Translations under genes and position numbers: made by a program
Part shown: one piece after another, positions 1-10,602 of the stretch
How the letters are laid out: each line of letters begins with the position of its first letter
Numbering within the stretch: the first letter of the stretch is position 1
Notes under the pieces: model-generated
Told to the model about the DNA's origin: nothing
Databases searched by the model: none
The model's input: the letters and a program-made list of their open reading frames with translations, nothing else
Assembly (NCBI GenBank): GCA_038874595.1
Contig: JAVZCB010000003.1
Span: 32,001 to 96,000, forward strand
DNA length: 64,000 nt
Direction of reading: 5' to 3'
Source: Candidatus Micrarchaeia archaeon
GTDB taxonomy: Archaea > Micrarchaeota > Micrarchaeia > CAILAH01

Positions 1-6
1 AATTTA

Positions 7-606
7 TTATTCGCTCTTATTTTCATCTTTCCTTTTACCTACATTTTTGGTCTTATCATATATCTTCCAAAGAAGCCCGCTAATTTTGCCCCAGGCTCCC
101 TGAGCAGCATTCCTTATTATGCCAAATATCGAGAGTGACGTTTCTCCCTTTATCGCTTGGACAACATAAATAATCACGGCAACCGTCCCTGCAAATTTTA
201 GTATGTCTACCCAAGTATTTTCCTTATTCCTTTTTGGCAGGTCAATCCTGGCGCCCCTCCTAGGGTCAAGCTTTTCATTACTGCCCTGGATACAGTTGAG
301 TGGTGCAGAAAACCCCCCACTTCTAATAAGGTCCTTTCTTGCAGTTTCTACCTCCTTTTTCTCCTGGCCCCCATTAGTTTTAAGAAAAGCCTTCTTAGCA
401 TCAATATATTTCCTGCACAGTTCCGTGTCAACAGAAGTATTCCTCTCTTCTGCAAATGAAGGTGGGCATGCAAGCGAAGCCCCAACCATCAGCATAGCTA
501 TGAACTCCTTTGCCCTTTTCATTTTTGTATGGCTATTCTCCTGCGAATGTGTGCGTGTATCCTTCTTGGTGGTTGTTGCCATCATTAGCTTAAGGGGGTA
601 TTCCAA
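7..606 (-). CDS. Hypothetical secreted/membrane protein
   Basis: 199-aa ORF; basic N-terminal extension, then signal-like KRAKEFIAMLMVGASLACPPSFA, plus a C-terminal hydrophobic helix; true start may be ~582. Confidence 0.6.
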   Translation of the reverse strand: MEYPLKLMMATTTKKDTRTHSQENSHTKMKRAKEFIAMLMVGASLACPPSFAEERNTSVDTELCRKYIDAKKAFLKTNGGQEKKEVETARKDLIRSGGFSAPLNCIQGSNEKLDPRRGARIDLPKRNKENTWVDILKFAGTVAVIIYVVQAIKGETSLSIFGIIRNAAQGAWGKISGLLWKIYDKTKNVGKRKDENKSE

Positions 607-640
607 TTATAAACATTTCCCAGCACCAGAAAAACAAGAG

Positions 641-932
641 TCCCGCCGGGCGGATTTTCAGGTTTGCAACTCACTTGCAGTGTGCTGCAAAGGGCAATGC
701 AATTGCCCTTCATTTGAACCGTCAACCTGCCGGTCACCGCGGAAGGGGTAACTACCCCAGCACATTCGCATGAGCGAATGGTGCATCGTTTGGCTTCACC
801 AAACGCTATCCGTTCTGTGGCCTAACATAGCCTACTATGAGGCTTAGCAGGCCACACAACCCTAACATCGTTTTTAGTTTCCCAAAAACGATCCAACTAC
901 AGCCGGCCGCTCTACCGTTGAGCTACAGCGGG
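641..932 (-). tRNA. tRNA-Tyr(GUA) with two introns: 37/38 (735-896, 162 nt) and T-loop 59/60 (655-712, 58 nt)
   Basis: Acceptor CCCGCTG/CGGCGGG (C1:G72, A73); anticodon arm GCCGG-CT-GTA-G|A-CCGGC; BHB central helices CTGT/GCGG and TTCA/TGAA; one A.C mismatch in the T stem. Confidence 0.9.
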
Positions 933-991
933 ACTTTCTATTTTACACCTGACAAACTTTTTAAACCTCTGCTTTTCTAACTCTTGCTTGT

Positions 992-1735
992 ATGATTGAC
1001 CGCATCGAAATAAGCTCAGGCGGAAGGAGGATTGTGGGGAACCTGTTTACTCATAATGGCAGGCGCAATTCAATCGTTATACTCCTGCACGGGTTTCTCT
1101 CATCAAAAGAGGACCTGTTTTTTGTTGCTGAAGCACTGCAGAAGCAGGGCATAGACTCTCTTGCAATAGATATGAATGGCCATGGTGAAAGTGATGGCAA
1201 TTTCTCAGATTTTACAATATCAGGGGCAGTTGATGATTGCAGGGCTGCAATTGATTATGCAATTTCTCAGGGGTTCTCTAATATAGGCATATTTGGATTC
1301 AGCATTGGAGGCTTTGTGGCACTTAATATTGCAAAACAACTCCAGCATAAAGGACACTTAAAAGCACTCGTGCTTGGTGCACCAGTCTCAAGCTTCTCAG
1401 ATACATTCAGCTGGGCTGACCTGCAGGCCTGGAAATCAACAGGCATATTCCGCTCCGACAAGCTTGGAATAAGCATAAAGATGGGCTATAAATTTTACGA
1501 AGATGGCATCGCACTTGATGGTTATAAAAAGTTCTCTTCAATTGAGACCCCAACACTAATCCTGCACGGCACTAAGGATAACATTGTCCCATTAAGGCAG
1601 AGTGAAGAGCTGGCGCGCTACCTCAGGAACGTGCATCTTATACGTGTAAATGGCGCATCACACAGCCTCTTTACCTTAAAAGGGGGCGATGAGGCGCTTG
1701 ATTCGCTTATAAAATGGTTTAAGGCTTATCTGTGA
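992..1735 (+). CDS. Alpha/beta hydrolase (esterase/peptidase)
   Basis: LLHGF oxyanion motif, GFSIG nucleophile elbow, HGTKD and ASH triad motifs. Confidence 0.9.
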   Translation: MIDRIEISSGGRRIVGNLFTHNGRRNSIVILLHGFLSSKEDLFFVAEALQKQGIDSLAIDMNGHGESDGNFSDFTISGAVDDCRAAIDYAISQGFSNIGIFGFSIGGFVALNIAKQLQHKGHLKALVLGAPVSSFSDTFSWADLQAWKSTGIFRSDKLGISIKMGYKFYEDGIALDGYKKFSSIETPTLILHGTKDNIVPLRQSEELARYLRNVHLIRVNGASHSLFTLKGGDEALDSLIKWFKAYL

Positions 1736-1742
1736 GAGGGCC

Positions 1743-2081
1743 CTACCGTATACTCTCAACTTCAAAAATAATACGTTTCCCAAGAGTTTCCTTCTCTATT
1801 GTTATGATATGCTTGCCTTCCTTGTGTATGTAAGATATGCTCCATCCAGGCAAGTGTCTATTAACATATGTGAAAATGTCATGCAGGCTCTTATTTTCTG
1901 TGAGGATTGTTTCTATATCTTTGATATCATCTTCGCTGATTCCCATTAACTCGGGCTTATCATCCTTCTTCCATCCAAGAAACCCCTTCCTTTCTGTTTT
2001 TAATGTAATTTTGCGCTTCAGCATGACCCTCAATAACAAAGGGTACTCATCGTTTAAAAACTTTGCCATCAGTGAAACCAA
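1743..2081 (-). CDS. Hypothetical protein
   Basis: 112-aa ORF directly downstream of and co-oriented with leuS. Confidence 0.55.
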   Translation of the reverse strand: MVSLMAKFLNDEYPLLLRVMLKRKITLKTERKGFLGWKKDDKPELMGISEDDIKDIETILTENKSLHDIFTYVNRHLPGWSISYIHKEGKHIITIEKETLGKRIIFEVESIR

Positions 2082-2108
2082 GGCCTAATCTGCAAATGAT
2101 TATTGCTT

Positions 2109-4838
2109 TTATTCAAGGTATATGCTCGGCTTGCCAGGCAGCGCTTTTGCAGCCTTATCACCGACAGCAGTACCTGCTTCTGTCTCGTGGACAACCTTAA
2201 TCCTTAATCCAGTCTCTTCGCCTATGAACCCAGCCGCTTCTGCAAACGCCCTGTATTCCTCTTCTTCATCGAGCACAATATCAGATTTCCATTTCATCGC
2301 GCTTTTTATAATAGCCATTGCTTCCTTCCCGCGCCCTCTTATCTCCTCATCAGCCATCGCGTTTTTTATTGCTTCATTTAAGTTCTTTGTATTGCCTACT
2401 GATTTGAACACTTTTCTCTTGAAAGCACTTGCAACAATCAATGTTGCCTCCCTCTTCTCCTCACTAATCAACTTCTTTATCTCTTTTATATCTGATATTG
2501 TACCCTCTATTATTTTCTCACGCTCATCCAGTTTCCTGTCAATTGCCTCATCAAAAAGCTTCTCATCTATCTGTTGTGTAGTTGCAAATCCTTTACCGCC
2601 CAACCGCTCCCACATCTCATCACACAGATGCGGCGCAACGGGAGCCATAAGCAGTACCCATCTTTCAATTGCACCACGCGTCGGTTTGCCACCGCGTTTG
2701 ATGCACCATTTAATATCATTGATAAACCTGTAAACAAGGTCATTGATTAATTCCCGCAGGTTCAGTTTTGGGTAGTACTCATTGATTGCTTTTTTACCGT
2801 ATTCAGCAAGCCGCATCTCAAGCCATCTTTCAACATCCCTGGTTGCATTATCACTGAGGTTGCCGCACATCTCAAGCATGAACCTTAACCTGCTCATAAT
2901 CCCCTCAACAGTTGCCTTATTGAAATCAGTATCCTCACCAAGCTCAGCGCCACTCAGTACAGATATCCTTACCGGGTCGGCACCATATTGTGCCACAGCC
3001 TTTCTCAAGGGCAGGATATTGCCGAGCGATTTGCTCATCTTCTGACCATCCATAAGCACGAACCCATTAACAACAATCCCACGCGGCCATTTCTCTTTCG
3101 GGAATATCGCGGTATGGTTAAATATGAAGAAAGGCAGGTGGTTATACACAAGGTCCGCACCCGAATGCCTTGCATCTAAGGGGTACCAATACTCAAAGCT
3201 TTCCCTGAGCTCAACAAGCTCAGGTGGCGCGCTCCCTTTCCCAAGCATTACATAATCCCACTCGCTTGTACTGAGCGGTCTCTTAAGCTTGTGCTTCACA
3301 GTGTAGAATGCCATATATATTGTAGAATCTGAAAGTGCCTCAATCATCTTGCTCTCATCAAACGGAAACCTAGTGCCCAGGCCAGTTGCGCGTGTGCATG
3401 CTTTCTCGTGTAGCCAATTGATTGCATACTCGAAATCCAACCTCCTCCCTTCAGGCACAATAGACATTTCTGCTAGGCACTCACGCGCCTTTTCCTTCCA
3501 CTTTTCATCGCCGTAATTTATGAACCACTGGTCTTCAAACACCTTAACCTCAACAGAACCACCGCACCTGCATTTTACCGGCCTATTGATAATCTCCCAC
3601 AGTATACCTCCTTCACCATTCATGATAAGCCCATCGCGCACATAATCGCGCGCTTTCTCAACTTTCATTCCTTTTAGGTCACCAATACCCATTATTCCAT
3701 AATGCAGCTCTTTCCTGTAAACTGTTTTTGTTGCTTCCTCAAGCTTAGGGTCATCAAGCGAGCGTATCCCCATTTTTTCAACAATGTTTTTTGCAGGCAC
3801 CTCACCAAGCTCTTTGTCATCCACTTCGATGATCTTGATAAGCATCTTATCCGCCTTTTCCTTTCCGACCGCCTCAACCAGCGCCTCGTAATCGTAAGGC
3901 GCGTGCGCGGGAACGCTCATCACAACTCCAGTTGCATTTGCAGGGTCAACAAACGATGCAACCATTATGGGCACTTCAGTACCAGTCAGTGGCGCACGGC
4001 ACGTCTTGCCAGCCAGGGCCTTTCCTTTAATCTCCTCAATAACCTCCACTTTATGGTCCTGCAACTTGAACTTTTCAGCAGCCTCTTTCGACACAATGTA
4101 CTGCTCACCATCTATTTTCGCCTTTACATAATCAGCATCTGCATTGACCCATACATTTGTAACCCCATAAACAGTTTCAGGACGTAGCGTCGCCGCAAGC
4201 AGGAATGCATCATCAATTGCAAATTTCAGTGTTACGAACTCACCAAGCTCCGGGTCAACATCTCCCTTTGTATCGTGGCCGCCAACTGCATTACCGCATT
4301 TGGGGCAGTAAGGCACAGGATGTTTCCCCTTTGTTATGAGCCCGGCATCCTTAAGCTTGTGGAACTGCCACGTAATAAATGAGTTGAATTCCTTATCAAA
4401 TGTATAAAACTTCCTTCTCCAATCTATGGAAAATCCCATCTCACGCATCCCCTGCTCAATCTCCTTGCTGAATGCCATTACAAGGTCGCGCGGGTTTGTA
4501 AGCGATTGTGCATACTCTTTATCCATCCCATAAATATTGGTGAATATATCCATAAGCTCCTGGTCTTTTTCCTCAATCCTCTTGGCCATTGCCATAATAG
4601 GTGTACCGGTTACATGAAACCCCATCGGGAAAAGGACATTCTTGCCACGCATTCGTGCATACCGTGCGCATACATCGGTAATTGTATATGTTCTTGCATG
4701 CCCAATATGTTGTGGGCTGTTTGGGTACGGAAATGCCGCAGTAATATAAAACTTCTGGCGTGAATCAGGCTCGCTTTCGAACAGCTTGGCGTTCGCCCAC
4801 CTTTCCTGCCATTTTCTTGACATTTCAGCGAATTCCAT
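2109..4838 (-). CDS. leuS: Leucyl-tRNA synthetase (archaeal type)
   Basis: FPYPN..HIGH and KMSKS motifs, CP1 editing domain, ALPGKPSIYLE C-terminus; start set at MEFAEM (4838) because the upstream extension overlaps the opposite-strand gene. Confidence 0.95.
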   Translation of the reverse strand: MEFAEMSRKWQERWANAKLFESEPDSRQKFYITAAFPYPNSPQHIGHARTYTITDVCARYARMRGKNVLFPMGFHVTGTPIMAMAKRIEEKDQELMDIFTNIYGMDKEYAQSLTNPRDLVMAFSKEIEQGMREMGFSIDWRRKFYTFDKEFNSFITWQFHKLKDAGLITKGKHPVPYCPKCGNAVGGHDTKGDVDPELGEFVTLKFAIDDAFLLAATLRPETVYGVTNVWVNADADYVKAKIDGEQYIVSKEAAEKFKLQDHKVEVIEEIKGKALAGKTCRAPLTGTEVPIMVASFVDPANATGVVMSVPAHAPYDYEALVEAVGKEKADKMLIKIIEVDDKELGEVPAKNIVEKMGIRSLDDPKLEEATKTVYRKELHYGIMGIGDLKGMKVEKARDYVRDGLIMNGEGGILWEIINRPVKCRCGGSVEVKVFEDQWFINYGDEKWKEKARECLAEMSIVPEGRRLDFEYAINWLHEKACTRATGLGTRFPFDESKMIEALSDSTIYMAFYTVKHKLKRPLSTSEWDYVMLGKGSAPPELVELRESFEYWYPLDARHSGADLVYNHLPFFIFNHTAIFPKEKWPRGIVVNGFVLMDGQKMSKSLGNILPLRKAVAQYGADPVRISVLSGAELGEDTDFNKATVEGIMSRLRFMLEMCGNLSDNATRDVERWLEMRLAEYGKKAINEYYPKLNLRELINDLVYRFINDIKWCIKRGGKPTRGAIERWVLLMAPVAPHLCDEMWERLGGKGFATTQQIDEKLFDEAIDRKLDEREKIIEGTISDIKEIKKLISEEKREATLIVASAFKRKVFKSVGNTKNLNEAIKNAMADEEIRGRGKEAMAIIKSAMKWKSDIVLDEEEEYRAFAEAAGFIGEETGLRIKVVHETEAGTAVGDKAAKALPGKPSIYLE

Positions 4839-4875
4839 GAAAGGTTTAAAATAAAAGTAGTTATAAGTTTTATTG

Positions 4876-6972
4876 ATGGGCTTGCAAAAGCCAGGCATAA
4901 CCATTGCATTGGTGCTATTCTTATTGCTTGTGCCGAACATAGCACATGCAGCCACGCTTGGTGATATCCTATCTGCGAGCGCAGTTGGTGTTGCGATAGG
5001 TTTTGTGATTGCAGGGTTAGGATACATGGTTGCCGGCTTTATAGGCACACCGCAGGCGCAGGGCTGGGCAAAGAATGAGGTGTTTGAGAACTTATTTACG
5101 CTGTTTTTGGTAGCTAACATAGGCCTGCTTGCGGTGGCATCGCTAATCTTCTTTGCAGCGTTCCCATCATCAACAGCCACTCCCCCGCAGTTTGGCCTTG
5201 ACCTGAACTCACTAATTAACGCCCAGGTAATGACAAATGATGCAATCAGGCAGGTTGATATTGCAATTGAAGGCATACCTGCATCGCAGGCCACAAACCC
5301 GGGCAGCACTTATATAAGCACGAGCGACTGGGGGCTAAAGCAGGTGTTTATGGCATCATATGTGATTGAAACATTCATAGGCGAGTGGACATACATCGGG
5401 CAGATACATTTCAACACTCTAGGTGCTGGCAGCACTGTGGGAGGCTCTGGCGGAGGGATTGGTGCGGTTGATTCGCTTTCTCTTAAAGCACCTCTCTTCC
5501 CAGGCTTATCAAAGGTTACTGATATCATTGAGCAGATGAACGAGCTGATAATACTTATGATATTTATGCTGCTGGCGCACAAGGGAATCCTCATATTCAT
5601 ATCCGCTGTGGGACCGCAGCTTCTTCTTATAGGCATATTCTTCCGCTCGCTCCCGTTCACGCGTCGGCTTGGCTCAACTCTTATGGCTTTGTTCATCACG
5701 CTCCAGTTTGTATACCCAGCTTTTATCCTTGCATCCTTTTCCGATGATTTCTATGGTAAGATAGTGAAAGAATTCAGTGGTGTTTATGTAAGTACAGATT
5801 GGATGACCGCTTTGCCAGGCGCAGATGGTACCCAGATAATATTCCTTTCACCAAAAGATATTGTACAAGTGGATGAAAGCACAAAAGAGATAAATTTCAC
5901 GTTCACTGCGCGTGCCGGCATATACAATTTTACAGTGAAAGACCAAACAGGCGGGCTGCTTTGTAAAGGAACAGCAATAACAACCCAGGAGATAGTATGT
6001 CCTATCAGCATAAGCAAGCTGAAGCCACTTGACCTTATCAAAGATGCGGATAAGCTTGATCAAGCAGTATATTTCTATAACATATCTATAGACTTTTATG
6101 GCACGGCATTTGACTCGCAGACGCAACAGTATATCTTAGAAAATTACCCATACAAGGAATCCCTCTCAGTACCCATCTTTATAATCCAGAAGTGCACAAC
6201 AACAGAGTGCGAGCAAAAATACCAGATAAGAAACGCAGAATTCAATGAAATAAGGGATGGATATATTGCAGACCAGAAGAATCCTGAGTACTTTTTGGAT
6301 AATGCGGCACAAAAGACTGCGAACATGTTTGTTCTCGCTCAGAAGTTTTCACTTCATTATATGAGTGAAAAAGCAATGAAACAGGTTTCCGGTACGGTTG
6401 TCAAGCAGGTCGCTAAGGAAGGCACAAAAAAGACAATCTCCGCAATGCTTAAGAGAGGTGCTGGCGCTGTTGCTGGCGGTGTAAGTGCCATAGTTACATT
6501 TGCACTTTCCAGTGCACTCATCAAGAGCGATATTGCAACCGCAATGTTTGATGAGGTGGCATGTGATGCATACAGCGGGTATATGGCACAGAAGTATATA
6601 GACCCGCCTTCAAATGCCCCTTCTATCGATACGAGCCAGCTTGATTTTTGGAAAGCGGCGTGGTACCGTGCACAGCAGGCAGGGGATTTCATAGCTGAAG
6701 TTAGCTTAGATATGCTGCGCAGCTATGGTAGTATGTATGATGTATCAGATTACAAATCCTGTGCAGCATCAACAGGCGCTTTTGATTGGCTTGCAGGTAA
6801 GGCGTTAGGGTACTCACCACGTGAGTTTAATGTAACAGTGCTGATGACCCGTGTCGTTGTTGCATTTATGATATCTTTGTTCTCAATTATCATAGTTGTA
6901 ACCTTCTACCGCTCAATAGCTGAAAGTATAGGTGGTGACTCGTCACTTATGGGGCTTGGAAAAGTAATTTGA
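4876..6972 (+). CDS. CedA/VirB6-like polytopic membrane protein 1, with large inserted soluble domain
   Basis: Shared motif GIFFRSLPFTRRLGSTLMA; N-terminal hydrophobic hairpin; C-terminal GGDSSLMGLGKVI. Confidence 0.6.
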   Translation: MGLQKPGITIALVLFLLLVPNIAHAATLGDILSASAVGVAIGFVIAGLGYMVAGFIGTPQAQGWAKNEVFENLFTLFLVANIGLLAVASLIFFAAFPSSTATPPQFGLDLNSLINAQVMTNDAIRQVDIAIEGIPASQATNPGSTYISTSDWGLKQVFMASYVIETFIGEWTYIGQIHFNTLGAGSTVGGSGGGIGAVDSLSLKAPLFPGLSKVTDIIEQMNELIILMIFMLLAHKGILIFISAVGPQLLLIGIFFRSLPFTRRLGSTLMALFITLQFVYPAFILASFSDDFYGKIVKEFSGVYVSTDWMTALPGADGTQIIFLSPKDIVQVDESTKEINFTFTARAGIYNFTVKDQTGGLLCKGTAITTQEIVCPISISKLKPLDLIKDADKLDQAVYFYNISIDFYGTAFDSQTQQYILENYPYKESLSVPIFIIQKCTTTECEQKYQIRNAEFNEIRDGYIADQKNPEYFLDNAAQKTANMFVLAQKFSLHYMSEKAMKQVSGTVVKQVAKEGTKKTISAMLKRGAGAVAGGVSAIVTFALSSALIKSDIATAMFDEVACDAYSGYMAQKYIDPPSNAPSIDTSQLDFWKAAWYRAQQAGDFIAEVSLDMLRSYGSMYDVSDYKSCAASTGAFDWLAGKALGYSPREFNVTVLMTRVVVAFMISLFSIIIVVTFYRSIAESIGGDSSLMGLGKVI

Positions 6973-7910
6973 GGTTGTATAAGATGATTGACCCTGCAGG
7001 CAGTTGTGCATTGGTGTTCATTGACGGCATATGGGCGAACATATTTATAGCCCTCACGATATCCATACTCATCTCCGCACTTGCATATATGCTCGGCAAC
7101 CTGCTTAAGCGCGAGGATTATGTTGAGTTCGGAAAGACCGAGCTGTATAACTTTGTTGTAACGTTTGCGATTGTATTCTCTTTCACAACAATAGTGGTTT
7201 TTGCAACAGAGTTATCGTGCTCGCAGGCTAACGGCCAAAATGTGGACCTGTTCCAGCAGGTGCTTGAAAAAATGAATAACATACTTTATGGAAGTGTTTA
7301 TGCAACCCTTAGAAACTTATTCCAGATTATGCTTGAGATAAGCGTATTCTCAAACATGAGCCTGTCATTTTCAGGTGTAAAGATAATGCCACTGGCCGGA
7401 TTAAAGAATATTTACACAAGCCTTAATGTTATCTCATTTATTATGGAGAGCGTTTTTGCAAGCCTCTACTTGCAATCAATCCTCCTGATGATACTCAGGG
7501 AAACGGCATTCACATTCATATTTCCAGTTGGAATATTCCTGCGTGCACTTCCAATAACACGGGATGCGGGCACATTCCTTATGGCAGTCTCATTTTCATT
7601 CTTTACGATGTACCCCTACATTTATGTAATATCGCTTGATGCATATTCGCATGTGCAACAGCAGATACAATATGAGCAGGTAATCTCTTCTATTCACCAC
7701 ACACCAGACAAGGCATACTCATTTTTCAAGTCTGTTGAAGATAACACATTCTATGCACTTACAGCATTTAATTACAAGAGCTTGCGCGATATGTTCCTTG
7801 TGCTCGGCGGGCATTTGTTTTTAGCACTTGTTGTGCCAGCCATCGCAATAGTAATGTCCACTGCAATGGCAAGCTCAATCATAAAATTCCTTAAGGAGGT
7901 TGGTGCCTGA
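6969..7910 (+). CDS. CedA/VirB6-like polytopic membrane protein 2
   Basis: GIFLRALPITRDAGTFLMA motif; start may be ATG 6984. Confidence 0.6.
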   Translation: MRLYKMIDPAGSCALVFIDGIWANIFIALTISILISALAYMLGNLLKREDYVEFGKTELYNFVVTFAIVFSFTTIVVFATELSCSQANGQNVDLFQQVLEKMNNILYGSVYATLRNLFQIMLEISVFSNMSLSFSGVKIMPLAGLKNIYTSLNVISFIMESVFASLYLQSILLMILRETAFTFIFPVGIFLRALPITRDAGTFLMAVSFSFFTMYPYIYVISLDAYSHVQQQIQYEQVISSIHHTPDKAYSFFKSVEDNTFYALTAFNYKSLRDMFLVLGGHLFLALVVPAIAIVMSTAMASSIIKFLKEVGA

Positions 7911-9139
7911 TGATGGAGCTGCTCCCAGTAATTTTATCCAACGGACTTGCATCTGGCGGTTCAATACAATTTACAGAGTTCTTTTATGCTCTCTTCCCGG
8001 TGGCAATACTGGTAGTAGTAATCCATCTCCTGTTCGTAGCGCTTATTTTTATGGCGGGGAAGATATTCTCAAATGAGAACCTCATAGGGTTTTCAAAGCA
8101 CGAGTTTGGGCAAGCTATGTTCTCGCTCATAATAGTAGGCTCCCTGCTTACAGTAATACCTCTAGTTAACCTAATCTTCTGCACAGCACTTGTTGATGTT
8201 GGATTTATAACAGATGGCTCGTGTTCACCACAAAACCTTTTCATAACCGCCCACCTTAAGGTTGCACGTGACCACCTCGCAGAAGCATACAATAACATAC
8301 GCGTCCTTGCAAAAGGCACGCTTCGGGCATTTGACTGGGCAGCCACATGTGCAGGTATGAGCGCTTCTGGAGGGCTTTTGCAGTTATCATCAATGAAATA
8401 TAATTCCATCCATGCATTCGTATACGGGGAATCATTCACTATGCTTTACAGGGTGCTTTTATTCCTCAAATTCCAGGAGCTTTTCATGATAATTAATGCA
8501 ATATACTTTTTCCCATTCTTGTTTAATATCGGCCTCGTTTTGCGCATACTACCATTCACGCGCAAGGTAGGTGGCCTTTTGATGGGGATAACCCTAGGCC
8601 TATTTTTCGTGCTCCCCTACATGTATATATTCTCACAAACTGTGGTTGAATCGGCAGAGCATTTCAGCACAAAGTTTGTGCTTGATACTTCAAAGTATAT
8701 GTTCTTCTGCATCACGTTCAGCGACCTTGTCGACCCAAGCGGGAGTTCCACATCATTTGATGAAATCATAGAGCAGAAGCGGGCAGAAAACGCCAGGGCA
8801 GGTGGCGACCCATCAAAGAATATCGCCGGCCAGGCAGCTGCAGAGCTGCTTGCCAAGATAAATAATAATCCACAGATAGGGTTTGGGTACTCTATTGGAA
8901 GAAATGGCAATATCCCAAACCCACAGGATAACCGCGCATTTGGCACAGGCAAAGATTATTATGACCCGAGCAATCCTCAAAATCATAAGTATTCGCTTGT
9001 AGAGGCAATAGCCAGGGCTATCCTGATGGCAACGTTCACATCAATATTTGCAATTGCTGGTACAATTTCGGCAATCAGGGAAATATCGATATTGTTCGGA
9101 GGCGATGTGGAGATAGCAGGCCTTACGAAGATTATATGA
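7910..9139 (+). CDS. CedA/VirB6-like polytopic membrane protein 3
   Basis: GLVLRILPFTRKVGGLLMG motif; C-terminal GGDVEIAGLTKII; overlapping stop/start. Confidence 0.6.
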   Translation: MMELLPVILSNGLASGGSIQFTEFFYALFPVAILVVVIHLLFVALIFMAGKIFSNENLIGFSKHEFGQAMFSLIIVGSLLTVIPLVNLIFCTALVDVGFITDGSCSPQNLFITAHLKVARDHLAEAYNNIRVLAKGTLRAFDWAATCAGMSASGGLLQLSSMKYNSIHAFVYGESFTMLYRVLLFLKFQELFMIINAIYFFPFLFNIGLVLRILPFTRKVGGLLMGITLGLFFVLPYMYIFSQTVVESAEHFSTKFVLDTSKYMFFCITFSDLVDPSGSSTSFDEIIEQKRAENARAGGDPSKNIAGQAAAELLAKINNNPQIGFGYSIGRNGNIPNPQDNRAFGTGKDYYDPSNPQNHKYSLVEAIARAILMATFTSIFAIAGTISAIREISILFGGDVEIAGLTKII

Positions 9140-10602
9140 GGAGGATGGTGCAGGTGCAACAAAAACAACACAGAGAAACAAAAACCGCAAAGCATTTTGC
9201 ATTGGTAGTAACCATACTGTTTCTCTTTTTTGTTGATAGTGCATACTCACTTGCACCCAGTGATTTGGATAACCGTGCAAAAGATATGGAAGATATACTG
9301 CAGAAGAGTTCGCTTGCATATATTACAGTAACAATTGCTATCCTCATTGCCGCTCTTATGTATATGGGCTCATCCATATTCAATGATGCAAAGCTTCTTG
9401 CGTACTCAAAAGAGACCTTCTACCAGTCAATAATCACACTCGTTCTTATTGCCTCTTTCCCGGTAATATATGTATTTATCTCACAGCTTTGCATTGAGCT
9501 TTTCCTTGGCGGGATGCCAGTCAACGGTGGCATGTTTGATGTTGCATCTGCATATCTTGCCTGGAATAATGTATACTTCTTCACACATCTCCTGATAATC
9601 ACAATCTTGAACGTAGGCATTGCAAGCCTCATAAACCAGCAGTATTCAGTGCCCATAATGGGTGTTTTTGCCACAGTTAACCTGGTTTCATTTGCTAAAC
9701 CGCTTATGTTTGCAGTCTCGACGGGAGTAACAATCCTATCAACGTCTCTGTTCATAAACTCGTTCCAGATAATGCTTCTTGACCTCATTAAAAACAGCCT
9801 TCTCCCAATATTCCTCCCTTTGGGCGCTTTGCTGCGCGCGTTCCCGCCAACACTTAACGCAGGCAACGTGCTTCTTGCAATAACTATCGGGGCATATATA
9901 ATAGCACCAATAATCTATGCATTTGATATATATCTAATCACACAGATTGTTGACCCCACGCAAGGGCAGAAGAGTTATTCGGACCAGCTTGGGCTTATGA
10001 GGTTCTTTTATACAAAAACGGTCTTTGAAACTATACTAACAAAAAACACCTGCCCATACGTGAAAAAGTTTGTAGGCATATTCACACCTTCAAGCGATTA
10101 CGCCGTGTTTGTAACACCATATGACAAAATTGATAAGAACCTGCAGGATTGCGGTGTTTATACAGGCGTAGGTGGCATATTTAGGGAAACAGCTGATATG
10201 CTGGGGAGGTTACCAACATGGGGAAAGATTGTCCTTGGTGTTGACCTGACGGCCCGTGGTGTTTCTGCAGCGGTTACTGCCACATCTTCCTTAAAATCAG
10301 TCCTGAAGCAAACAACATGGGATAAGCTGTGCAGCGGCAAAGTAATGGGCAAAGTGTGCAAAAGCCTGGGGCTTATAGGATTTGTGAGCTCAACCATCTC
10401 AAGCGCCTCAACAGCAGTCCTTGCGATATCCCTATTTTATTATTCTTTTGATCTTGTAGTGGGCACAGCAGTCTCTTTTGTAATCCTCTCTGCAATAATA
10501 CCCTTCCTAAACTTCACAATTATGGTCATATTTATCCGTGATTTCTCACAGTATGTTCTTGGCACGCCCATAAGCCTTGGGCACCTGGTGAGGCTAATAT
10601 GA
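9136..10602 (+). CDS. CedA/VirB6-like polytopic membrane protein 4
   Basis: GALLRAFPPTLNAGNVLLA motif; C-terminal GTPISLGHLVRLI; ATGA overlap. Confidence 0.6.
   Translation: MRRMVQVQQKQHRETKTAKHFALVVTILFLFFVDSAYSLAPSDLDNRAKDMEDILQKSSLAYITVTIAILIAALMYMGSSIFNDAKLLAYSKETFYQSIITLVLIASFPVIYVFISQLCIELFLGGMPVNGGMFDVASAYLAWNNVYFFTHLLIITILNVGIASLINQQYSVPIMGVFATVNLVSFAKPLMFAVSTGVTILSTSLFINSFQIMLLDLIKNSLLPIFLPLGALLRAFPPTLNAGNVLLAITIGAYIIAPIIYAFDIYLITQIVDPTQGQKSYSDQLGLMRFFYTKTVFETILTKNTCPYVKKFVGIFTPSSDYAVFVTPYDKIDKNLQDCGVYTGVGGIFRETADMLGRLPTWGKIVLGVDLTARGVSAAVTATSSLKSVLKQTTWDKLCSGKVMGKVCKSLGLIGFVSSTISSASTAVLAISLFYYSFDLVVGTAVSFVILSAIIPFLNFTIMVIFIRDFSQYVLGTPISLGHLVRLI

Noticed and set aside
4839-5309. N-terminal extension of LeuS in the ORF track
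   Set aside because: It is antisense to the first membrane gene; the homologous start is MEFAEM at 4838
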